Origin: Histomonas meleagridis 2922-C6/04-290x
Taxonomy: Eukaryota > Protista > Parabasalia
Assembly (NCBI GenBank): GCA_020184695.1
Contig: JAANOX010000158.1
Span: 1 to 22,777 of the forward strand
Direction: 5' to 3'
DNA: 22,777 nucleotides
Of this stretch, positions 12,520 through 22,449 are shown piece after piece. The number at the start of each line of letters is the position of its first letter. Position 1 is the stretch's first letter. The notes beneath the pieces are model-generated. The model saw only the letters and a program-made list of their open reading frames with translations. It did not search any database and had not been told where the DNA came from. The position numbers were made by a program, and so were the translations under genes.

Positions 12520-13590
12520 TTATATAATTGCAGTGACTTTCCAATGATCATATCAATTTATTTTTGTTGTTAACGGTGTTTCATCATCTAATATTGATTG
12601 AAAATATATCTATCATTTAAATTTAAAATAATAATCTCCGTGAGTTGCAAATCAATTGATATACAATTGTATAATGATTAATAAATATATTTTGTTAAAT
12701 GGTATGTTTATTTGATTAATTTCTCCGGCTGTATGTATTGCGGTACAGATATTAATATTCACTTCATATAAACCATTGCTTTTGACTGACGGAATACAAT
12801 TAGTAGAATCATGAGGATGATTTTTGGATAAAAAGTACTCAAAAGAAATAAAATTAATATTACCATCAATAAATATATTACTATATACAATAAGTTCACC
12901 ATTAATAGTAATAGCATTACTAAATTATGTATGATTATGATTTAATAAACAATATTTATCATCATGATGATTATGTGTTGTTAATGAAATATTATTTGTA
13001 TCGATTCCATCAATACTATTACAACTGATATCATAGTTTTTGAATATACTTAAGTAATTGCCATCACAAACTTTGAATTTTATTCATATATCAATATTGT
13101 CATCAGAACCTACGTAATGTTCTATTACGCTACAGTCATCTCCATAAGGCAATACAACTATTTCCATACTAATTAAATCACCCGGCATTGCATTAGTTCA
13201 ATGAATAAACAATCCTTCAGTAAATATTTATATCATCTGAATACTTACTACAATCAATATTACGACTTGCTGTCAATATTGAACATGAAATATCATTACC
13301 TACTAATAAATCATGTTTAATCTTAGTCCAATCGCCATATTCATTATATGATATTCCTGTTAAAGCCTTATTTATATCAGTTAAATTATCATTAGTTAAA
13401 TATTGATTGTGAGTATGATTTGTTAAAGAAAAGTTATTAGTATCAATACCATTAATAGTCGTACATTGAATATTACCATTAATGGTATATATATATCAAT
13501 AATTAAATTAGTTATTGTTACATTATTTTCATCTTAATTGAAATTGACACTTTTAATAGTTTTAATAATGCATTGGCGAGTTATAGATTA
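12520..13590 (-). pseudogene. Fibre-like virion protein with HxH repeats (paralogue 2)
   Basis: Repeats INGIDTNNFSLTNHTHNQY and IDGIDTNNISLTTHNHHDDKY, then LLNHNHT, followed by NCIPSVKSNGLYEVNINICTAIHTAGEI...FATHGDYYFK...QSILDDETPLTTK. It is missing from the ORF track because of stops. Confidence 0.6.
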
Positions 13591-13989
13591 TTTATTTATT
13601 TATTTTATGAATACGAATAATCAGGCAATTTATATTTTGCTTGGATTTATGTAGGCTCGGATGAAAGCCATAATCTTGTCGCAAAATTTGCAATCGTTGA
13701 TTGTGATTCTTAAACCAAGATGTAACATCAAAAAGTATAAGTTATTTGTCATCTCAAATCGATGTACTTTTATAATGTATGGAATAGAGAGTATTTAGAA
13801 TTTCATGCTTTATTTAATGATTCAAAACTAAGATTCATTGGTATTTAGAATGATATTAATGAAAAAAATACTGTATCATAATATATTACGCGCCAACTGA
13901 TGGCTCGACTTTTAACATTATTTTTGCAACTAACAGTAAAAATAATATCTATCTATATCGGAGAGTATTCATAATTATCAATGACTTTA

Positions 13990-14300
13990 CAATATTGCTT
14001 GTTGTTGAGGAGCATTGAATGGCTGATAACTATCTTAGTATATAATTTGTTTGGCATCACTATATTTGTCAGAGAAAACAAAAGTAAGTCAAGTGGTTGC
14101 ACTTGATCACTTAAATGGGATGGAATTACTGCAATATCCATGTCAAATGCGATACATGTATTCTCAAAATAATCTGTAAAATGTTGTTTCAATCCATCTA
14201 GTATCAGCACTGCAAATCTATCGAAGTATCAATAATTCTTTCGATGAGATTCTAATCTTTTTTATATTTTGGGGGGAAAAAACATTGCAGCAGTTACTGA
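13990..14300 (-). pseudogene. pogo/Tigger-type DDE_1 transposase fragment
   Basis: FAVLILDGLKQH...IPSHLSDQVQPLDL matches the DDE_1 pattern LxxDxxxxH...PxxxSxxxQPLD. Confidence 0.8.
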
Positions 14301-14373
14301 AAGGTTAAAAAAAAATTTAATTTTAGATTAATCCTTGAAATTTGTATATATGTTTTTCATAAAATTATATAAA

Positions 14374-14960
14374 ATGTATACATTATAATGCAGTAATTGA
14401 TTATACAAATTTTTTCTACGACGCTGAACATTACAATAGAATCGCCGTGAACTTACCGTCACCGCCAACACGTCAAGCAAAAATAATTGTAACTTAGCTA
14501 ATTACTAAATGTTCTATTGTTGTTATTGAAAAGAATGATTTTATACAGATTTACGGCAAAAAATATCATTTCAATAATGATCATACAGACTTAAACTCTC
14601 AAACGTTTATATGACCGTCGAATTCTATAATTCAATAATCAGGCGTTACGTCTGAAGTCGATGAATTGTATACACACTTCAAATGCTTTTACGATAAATA
14701 ATGCTTCATATAATATAATTCGAATATTATAATCATACTCTTAGAATCTTCCTTTTTCGTCAAAATTTAATTGTACTGATAAGTTCGAAATATTTGCAGA
14801 AAGTGTCGGAAATACTTTATCAACTCCTGTTCTATATCTTCTGTCTAATGTTGGAAAAACTTGTATATAAATTCATACGATACCATTAACATTTCAGGAA
14901 TCGTTCTTAGAATCAATAACTCGTTTTCGTCAAATTATCCGATTATTGTATCAATAACAT
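14374..14960 (+). pseudogene. Minor capsid protein (penton, single jelly-roll) remnant
   Basis: Frameshifted frame ...IEKNDFIQIYGKKYHF...AESVGNTLSTPVLYLLSNVG...GIVLRINNSFSSNYPIIVS. The LYLLSN...ILRI...I pattern is typical of Polinton pentons. Confidence 0.6.
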
Positions 14961-15059
14961 TACTTATATAACATTATTAGCTCGAGCTATTGTTTTTTGG
15001 CCAAAAGAAATTTGACAGAAATTTTTGCTCAATCCCGCGCTACATTAAAGAAAACATTA

Positions 15060-15750
15060 ACGAAGAGAGTGGTTGTATAAGGGACCTGCCATTTGCCTTT
15101 TGATAACAAATTTTAATCATGAAAATGCTTCAATAATGTTGAGCATTGGAGAATATGGGGGATTTATTCCGTTATAATTGTGGATCCTACAATTGTCAAA
15201 AATGAGTGTCATATTTGGCAAATTCAGAGGCACAACAACTTCTGCAAGTTCAGAGCCCAGATCCTTGTTTAAGCATGCATTAACCGACATATTAGTGACT
15301 TTGTTTTGTGCTACGATAACTATTGCTCTATTTCCTATTTTGAATCGGGCTTGTCTCATGAATGTATTTAAATTAAATCCACACTCATCATCGATAAAAA
15401 AATATGTCCTATCCTGATTTTGCATAAACCATTCTGCAGATTCACTTCTTTTAATTTAATTGTTAATATCATTTCTCATTTGATTATAGAATGTTGAATC
15501 TTTGAGAGGAATTAATTCGCCATCCAAGTAGCTCCATAATGTTGAAACAGAAATCATCGGGAAATTAATTTGATTAACCATAATGATTCTCAATATTACC
15601 ATTATAATTTATTATTTTCTAATATGTCGTTAATTATATCCCAACATCTTGCATAATTCTTTGGCATAACCTTTTGAATGCATAAGATATGCTTGATGTT
15701 TGCATGTTCAGGATTGATTTTATTTCCTTTTCCCAATTATGTTATAGCTG
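15060..15750 (-). pseudogene. IS630/Tc1-mariner DDE transposase remnant with internal deletions
   Basis: STLWSYLDGELI...WFMQNQDRTYFFIDDECGFN...LIFDNCRIH...PPYSPMLNIIEAFS*LK. The D-to-E spacing is shortened by a deletion. Confidence 0.82.
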
Positions 15751-15759
15751 TTGTTGACT

Positions 15760-15976
15760 TCCTCCGCTGAGAAGATAGCTCTAAAATCACAATATATGCC
15801 AGGAACCATCGAATCGTAAGCTCTTATTTTACCGATTGTTGCGTTCGTGTCTATTCACAATTTACAAGAATAATTTCAAAAGCTTTAACCGTCTCATTGA
15901 CTTCATTATCCCAATCTTGAAAATTTCAAGTCATCGCATCAATAACATTTGGTTGTTGATTTTGTGGTGCAAACAT
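15760..15976 (-). pseudogene. Major capsid protein copy 2: N-terminus joined to an internal fragment
   Basis: MFAPQNQQPNVIDAMT*NFQDWDNEVNETVKAFEII (compare VKASEII in copy 1), then ATIGKIRAYDSMVPGIYCDFRAI (compare TLENLRNHDPM.PGVYCDFSAI in copy 1). Confidence 0.6.
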
Positions 15977-16062
15977 TATAAGATGATTAATAAATCATAA
16001 GATCAGTTAGAATCTGAGTCTTCAAACGTTATTGTATTTGTTAGAGGATAAATTTTTCTGTT

Positions 16063-16430
16063 CTAAAAAGTTCTAGTAAATCCAGCATATTTATTTTGAT
16101 TTTTACCTAAAAATTGATCAAATCTTTCATTCCCGATCGAATTAATGAAAGCATCAATATTATATTCAAGTTGTATTTTTTGATTATTTTGATTTACGAC
16201 TTGTTTTGCAATATCTGCTTGTAATTGATTCGTTATTGCTAATTTTCTTGTCGCTTTTTTCATATTTTTTTCTTGATAATCAATATTGTTTCTCTATGAA
16301 CGTATTAGCAATTTGTTGTTGATGAACATCGTTCTGATTTCTCATATTATGTATTGCATCAAGATTTACGTTTTATAATGTATGCGATAAAGCAATAAGA
16401 AAAAATGGCTTATTCAAATTCGTCATCATT
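16063..16430 (-). pseudogene. Gln/Asn-rich coiled-coil protein directly upstream of the MCP, copy A
   Basis: MMTNLNKPFFLIALSHTL*NVNLDAIHNMRNQNDVHQQQ... continues into ORF 16063-16263; duplicated in inverted orientation at ~19293-19495. Confidence 0.55.
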
Positions 16431-16632
16431 TGTGCTTAGCAAAATTGAATTTTTGATTATTCGATGAAGTAAGAATATTTGCCTCTACCGAAGCGTTAGG
16501 ATTAGATGTTGAAGCTTGAGTAATTACTCAATTGATTAATTAATCGATGCCTTAATCAGCGTTTGACATTTTTCGTTTTTCTAATTTTTCGTATATAATT
16601 GCTATGCCATTCAATTAAAAATAAGTATATTG

Positions 16633-17019
16633 ATTCAAAAGTATCGAACTCTAGCTCTTTATCCGCGTTGTACCGGCACATTATAAACTCGTTCGTGATG
16701 TTCTGGTTCTTAATGTTCCGGAATAATTTCTTCCTTTTGTTTTTCATTTTTCGTCTGCTCAACTGTTGGAATTTCCTCAGCATCAAGATAAATATCATAC
16801 TTTAAATTTCTGTATATCTTCTTAAGCTTTTCATGCTTAACTGTTATGTTATCTAATCGTGAATTTGAATCAATTATTCTTTTTTTTAATAATTGGTCAT
16901 TTTATAAATAAACTATACCGTCGTTGTTGTTTTGAATTACTTTTTGACTTACCGTTGAAGTTTTTGATTTTATTGTTACTCTAGCATTTACGTTTGATTT
17001 CTGTTTCCGTCTTTGTCAT
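16633..17019 (-). pseudogene. Maverick hypothetical protein remnant
   Basis: One frame RVTIKSKTST...HEKLKKIYRNLKYDIYLDAEE...VPVQRG*RARVRYF with three TAA stops, plus a frameshift near the start. Confidence 0.45.
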
Positions 17020-17079
17020 TTAAGATAAAATATAAAATCGAAAATTCATTTTATTATAAAGATACAAACCTAGTATCTC

Positions 17080-17472
17080 CCGAGGTGTATGGCTGAACTG
17101 AGAGTCGTAAATTGACCGTGAATTTTGTCTCCGGCTTGAATCCACGCTTGAGTTTTATCCGATATATTGACCTGTATCAAAAACACGTTAGGCTACTTCT
17201 TTGCCTCTATCTACCGCTCGTTTAATTTTGTCTTTAATTTTACCGTAAAAAACTGCATCAAATATCTTATCTATTTTATCTGTTATATCTCCTTTACGCT
17301 TTCTTACTGTATCAATAATTCCAGGAATCTTTTTGCCATATTCAATTCCTAGACTGATTATTGGCGAGACCTTATTGTAAATTCTCTTTACTTTATCGAT
17401 AAAATTTCTTACAATTCGTCCTGCACCTTGAATAAATTTTCTTATTCTAACGAATATAAGATCTAATTCCAT
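17080..17472 (-). pseudogene. Basic, amphipathic-helix protein (possible virion membrane-active or core protein)
   Basis: 94-aa ORF MELDLIFVRIRKFIQGAGRIVRNFIDKVKRIYNKVSPII..., probably extending past a frameshift near 17190. Confidence 0.45.
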
Positions 17473-17899
17473 TTGATGATAAATATACGTTCATTACTCT
17501 CAAAAGAATGAAAAAGTTGCTGAATATATATTATAATACTTACCATTCAGCCATCGGTTGTTTGTCAAAAAAATGTATGATAATGAAAATTTAGAAAAAG
17601 AATATATATTTGATTTTATAAAAGTCTCTGAAAAACAAAAACGTAAGATTTAATCCTTCTTGTCGGTTTATTTGTACGTTATATATTACCGCGTCATGAT
17701 GGCATCACAAAAAAAAATTTCAAATTAGCCGTGAAGGTTATAAAATTGATGAAAGAAAAAGAAACATGTACGTTATAATTCCGTTAAATATAAAATCTGC
17801 TAAATAAAATCCGCCGGAAGAGCTGAGTGAGTTTCTCCGATCTTGTGATCTGAGCTGAATATTGCATGTTTGCTAATGATAAAAATAAACTATTGAGAA

Positions 17900-18760
17900 A
17901 TACTCAATTCTTCTGATGATATGTTGTTTTTTTATTTCTCGAAACAGTAATTATTTTTGTGAAATGATCTTTTACTGTTTTCGATTTGTCGAATCCCACA
18001 GATGAAACATTAGTGTTGGAATAATTATTGTACATTAAACACAATTCTTTGATATCAATTTCGTTATCCGGAAGAGTTTATAAGAAATTTTCAAAAGTTA
18101 ATTTAGAATCCTGAATTATAATAATTGAATTATTATTTTCAATATCTTCTACTTACTCAACTAACGGATCAGTAGATTTTTGTTTATCATCATAATTAAA
18201 TTCCGACAAATGATTTAGTTGCCGTTAAATCGTCTTTGAGATGATTCACTTTTTTTGTAAATTCTTCATTCAAAAGATCGGACAGATTTTCCGTTAGAGA
18301 TTCATTCAAACGAAACATCGAAGTTATCAGATAGGTTTTCACAAGCTGAGTTTGGATTTGATATTTCATGAGCGTCAAAAATAATGTTTATTTGTTTTTT
18401 TATGAAGTTCGATATAAACATATCCATTATATCAATCAAACGGTAAAACTTACTTTTCAATCAGCATAAATTCACAATTATCTTTCGGACAAATGTTTTT
18501 GACTTTTTAAACGAATAAATCAAAATACTCATCAATTGATTCTTGATGATAGAAATTTACGGTTTGGTTGATATTCGGTCAAATTATCAATAACATTTTG
18601 ATTACACCGTGGATATATTTTAAATTAATTTTTTTTCTTCAACTAAAAATTTTTGAAAATTTTCTGCTTTCTTCATGTTATTAAAAACAGGTTGATATTC
18701 CTCTTGAGCTCGTTTTTTATATTGTTCTTTGATCATATCTTCCGTGTTTCTCCTAAACAT
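17900..18760 (-). pseudogene. Conserved Maverick hypothetical protein with a possible C-terminal winged-helix domain
   Basis: MFRRNTEDMIKEQYKKRAQEEYQPVFN...VLPFD*YNGYVYIELHKKTNKHYF.../ACENLSDNFDVSFE.../TLPDNEIDIKELCLMYNNY...GFDKSKTVKDHFTK, linked by stops and frameshifts. Confidence 0.5.
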
Positions 18761-18785
18761 TCTCTCGTCGTTGATTCTTTCTTCT

Positions 18786-18844
18786 ATGTAGAGCGGGATT
18801 GAGCGAAGCGTGAAACGAGAAGCTCAATTAGCGCTGTGTGTGTG
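18786..18844 (+). other. GC-rich stem-loop followed by (TG)5
   Basis: ATTGAGC (18798-18804) pairs with GCTCAAT (18822-18828), with an outer AGCG/CGCT pair; GCGAAGC lies at 18803-18809. Confidence 0.7.
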
Positions 18845-19344
18845 TTCACATGATGTCTTTTATGCCACATTGGCTTAACCATAAGAATGTCAATACAATT
18901 TTAACACAAGAATTTTTGAGATTTTCGAAAATGTTTCCCCACAACATATTGAATTTAATCGTAACCGTATCGAAAATGCTTAAAAATAATCGTAAAATTC
19001 GGTACAAAAATCATTATTTGATACTTTATAATCATTAAAATGATCAGTAATGAAGTTTTATTTAATTAAGGTTAAATACAACAATATATATATTTAGATA
19101 TTATTTCTACATCATGTTGACCATTTTGCGTCTCAAGATGGCTAACCTTATTCTATCGTAAAATATTAAAATTCAAGATTTGAAAGAACATTTTTTTTTT
19201 GAGAAAAGCATCTATCAAATTCTATGTAGTAATATGCTGTATTGCAAGAAATATTCTTTCGGAGAACAATCTATGGCTGAATGATAAGAATAGCAAATAT
19301 TCTTCTCTTACCGAATAATCAATAGTCCAATTCTGCTAAGCACA

Positions 19345-19700
19345 AATGATGACGAATTTGAATAAGCCATTTTTTCCTATTGCTTTATCACATACATTAT
19401 AAAACGTAAATCTTGATGCAATACATAATATGAGAAATCAGAACGATGTTCGTCAACAACGAATCAATAATACGCGTATAGAGAAACAATATGAATTTAC
19501 TAGAAAAAAGAATTTGGATGAACAAGAAAAAAATATGATAATAGCTACAATAGATGTTGAAGCAAAGTAATGAAAAAAAGCAAAAAAGTGAAATGGCAGA
19601 AAGAGAGATTGAACGACAGCATGAATCCGCAAACAAAGTAAAACACTGAACGTTACTTAAAAGTCATGGCAGAACTTAAAAAAACTCAGTATAAATATGA
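19345..19700 (+). pseudogene. Coiled-coil protein, copy B
   Basis: MMTNLNKPFFPIALSHTL*NVNLDAIHNMRNQNDVRQQRINNTRIEKQYEFTRKK; 19293-19494 is about 90% identical to the reverse complement of 16281-16482. Confidence 0.55.
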
Positions 19701-20043
19701 TATATATCTATACATTAAAAGATCAAAACGCTATTATTCAAGTTCAATAAGCTGAAGCAAAAATGCTTACTATTGAACGCCAACATGAAATAAAAGTCGA
19801 TGAACAAATGTTAATTAATAGTAGCTTACAACATGAATGAGAAAGAGTGAAAGATGAAAATGAAACATTACATAATATTTTATAATCATAAGATGATAAG
19901 AATGCAAATTAAAAGCGAGCACAGACACAATATGAATCAGAAAAAATCAAAAAAGTGCGTTGAGGTAGAAAATGAATAGACAAGCAAAGCGATGAATAGA
20001 CAAATTGAGTTATTTGAAGATTGATTAGCTCAAACCACAATAA

Positions 20044-20180
20044 AAAATGTTGATTACATCGCACCAACAGGAATATATTTCGAAGATGCATCAATGGGAG
20101 TTAATTCGATGAAACCAGATGGAATAAGTCAAATTAATTACGTAATTACTAATACATTTATCGAACAAATTATCGCCGAA
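20044..20180 (+). pseudogene. Major capsid protein copy 3, C-terminal fragment
   Basis: KNVDYIAPTGIYFEDASMGVNSMKPDGISQINYVITNTFIEQIIAE aligns directly with the copy 1 C-terminus (KDVTYIAPTGIYFEDALLIVRSMKPDGRSQIEITNASIEQIIAG). Confidence 0.7.
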
Positions 20181-20297
20181 AAGCAATATAAATATATTAT
20201 TGATTCTTTCAATGTATCAATGAATTATGCTTCTAAATATCGAGATTTTTTAATTTGTGTCATATTCTTTTAACGAATATTTACCATCAGCAACTGT

Positions 20298-20460
20298 AAT
20301 TGATGTTGTCATGAATATCATATTGTTCATTTAATACGACACGTTCCGCTATCTTAAACATTTAAAGGACGTACATCAATGACATATTTATATATTACGC
20401 AATTATTAATGTAGAAATATATATAACCGATGAACATTAATAGTTTTGTCGGTATTTTTT
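20298..20460 (-). pseudogene. Decayed paralogue of ORF 10341-10658
   Basis: FIGYIYFYINNCVIYKYVIDVRP/KIAERVVLNEQYDIHDNIN versus FIENIFFYVENLTIYKYVISVRPEPLKRAKRVGLKLLYDIHDNIN. Confidence 0.7.
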
Positions 20461-21373
20461 ACAATAAATACATTCCGCATTATTAACTGAATCAGGTAAT
20501 CGTTTTTCATTTAATAATTCAACCATGTTCTCTGGCTTTCATTCAAGCTTCATATTATCTTTTAATTGATTGATTTAATCTTGTTGTTTATTTGAAGCTT
20601 CAGTTAGTGTACTATATTCAGCAGGAATTGATTAAACACTTGACATATACTTACTTCAAAAACATCGACAACAGATTGTATACTATCAGTCGAAACATCA
20701 GGTACATATAAAAAATATTTAGGGATATGTGTAGTTTAGAATAAAAAATATACAAAGCATCAATATAATTGATTTGATTAAAAAAAAAATAGAAATTTTA
20801 CAAGATACTATTGATTTCGCATGACAATCGGCACATATAGATTTTGATTTTAGAATTAATAATACTGCAGAGAATGAAATTGGTGATGTATTATTCGATA
20901 ATGAATAATAATTCAATGAAGCAAAATAAAAACAAGAATCTGTAGGTCTATTTTTAAATTTATTTGATAATTAATTCATACGACAGAAAGAATATTATGC
21001 AGTATTATATGCAATCATTTTATTTTTAAAAGAAAAAAAATAAATAATATTTTCTTAATAAATAAATCCTTTTTCTAATGAAATATTGAATTCATTAATT
21101 AATGTATTATGTTCTCGATTATATGAATTAGAATCATCTCCATAAATTATAATTGAGATAACTTTTTTTATCGGATTCACAGCATGCTTTAAACAATCAG
21201 GTTCAGGATCTTTATAAGTCAATTGACACTATAAGCTTGTACTAAATCATTAACATAAATAAAAATTTTACCATTATTATCATCAATTAAATTTGCTATT
21301 AATTTTTTATTATTAGTTTTTGATATAGCACTAAATGTTAATACTATATGCTCATATAAAGCACTAGCATTAT

Positions 21374-21465
21374 CACACACACACACAGCACACTTCCACT
21401 TCGTTTCGGTGTGCACTTCGCTTTCGCTCGGTGTGTGCTCTCAGCTCACTAGCGTTCGCTTCGAG
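21374..21465. other. (CA)7 followed by a GC-rich multi-hairpin island
   Basis: GCACAC (21388-21393) pairs with GTGTGC (21409-21414), or AGCACAC pairs with GTGTGCT (21433-21439). The loops carry TTCG(T/C)TT(T)CG motifs. Confidence 0.7.
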
Positions 21466-21493
21466 AAAAAAAAATAACATATATAATTAACTG

Positions 21494-21748
21494 TTGAAAA
21501 TATAAGGTTTTTGAAAAATACAAGTGTTTAAAAGTTGAATTTTTTACATATATATTCCTAACATGATAATGATAATTCAATTACTTTGAAAATATAGATG
21601 TTGAAAATATAGATGTTGAAAATAGAGGTTTTTGAAAATATAGATGTTGAAAATATATACTTTGAAAATATAAGGTTTTGAAAATATAAGTATTTAAAAG
21701 TTGAATTTTTAACATATATATTCCTAACATGATAATGATAATTCAATT
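21494..21748. repeat. ~88-bp direct repeat enclosing a degenerate TTGAAAATATAGATG tandem array
   Basis: 21494-21582 resembles 21662-21748 (both end ...TATATTCCTAACATGATAATGATAATTCAATT), with about five 15-mer units between them. Confidence 0.85.
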
Positions 21749-21769
21749 TATATGAAAAATTATATTTTT

Positions 21770-22377
21770 TTGATGTTCTCTTGTTCCTATTTGTTCTGAG
21801 GGGAACAACATTATTATAAAAGTTGAGGGCACAAGGCAAAAAGGCACAAAGACAAACGGCAAAATGCTTTATGCTTAGTAAATAATTTTCTATAATTATA
21901 TATTCTCATGTAAGAACTAGGAAAGAACAATACCATAATATATTGAATTATTAGGGGATGTTTGTAAATATACGTCGAAAATAAGCTGTTATCGTTGCCA
22001 ATTTGCCAAAAATTGTGTGCCCAATTGCCCTGTGCCCCTAGCTTTTAAGGTAATATCATGAACCCGAGTACAACCAAGAACAAGGGGAACATCCAAAATA
22101 CTATGAAATTCAAGGTGATTTACCATACTTTTTGACCATAAATATTAATTAAAAATAATAATTTCTTAATATAAGAACTCAAAAAACAGCATTATTTACG
22201 GTCTGGGCACAAAAATAAGGCTTTTTAAGGCTATATACGTCAAAAATGAGGCTTTATAAGTTGATTTTTAAAAATAAATCTTTGAATTGTGCCCTTATGC
22301 CTTTGTGCCTCTAAAAAAACTCAACTGGAGTTGTAGAACCGGGAACATTTAAGAACAAGGGAGAACAAGGGAACATT
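21770..22377. repeat. Inverted and direct repeat cluster of GGGCACAA and GGGAACA motifs
   Basis: 21774-21849 is an imperfect inverted copy of 22287-22375, and 22016-22091 is a direct partial copy of the latter. Confidence 0.75.
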
Positions 22378-22449
22378 GATTTTAAAAATAATTTCTTTTT
22401 GAAATGAGGTTATTTAAGATATTTGATTTTGTAATTATATGTTTGAAAT

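Larger units (their letters stand above)
4885..20460. mobile_element. Mosaic of several decayed, rearranged Maverick/Polinton elements
   Basis: Primase-SF3 helicase, putative pPolB N-terminus, three major capsid remnants, a penton and fibre-like genes occur together, with neighbouring genes repeated in the same order in inverted copies. No termini, integrase or ATPase were seen. Confidence 0.75.

Noticed and set aside
4885-20460. Possible stop-codon reassignment: many in-frame TGA fall at Trp-like sites (IDS*VNY, GF*HIS, AFS*LK) and TAA/TAG at Gln/Glu-like sites
   Set aside because: These are the expected single-step changes (TGG>TGA, CAA>TAA, GAA>TAA) in AT-biased decay. Frameshifts and deletions occur in the same genes, and TGG, CAA and GAA are used freely. 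Only an analysis of conserved host genes could revive the idea.
20470-21360. Possible decayed host-like gene on the minus strand
   Set aside because: The frames cannot be joined convincingly and no family was recognised.
21374-21465. Helitron 3' end (hairpin plus CTAG at 21449-21452)
   Set aside because: CTAG is followed by C, not T, GC-rich structure continues past it, and no RepHel remnant or matching 5' end was seen.
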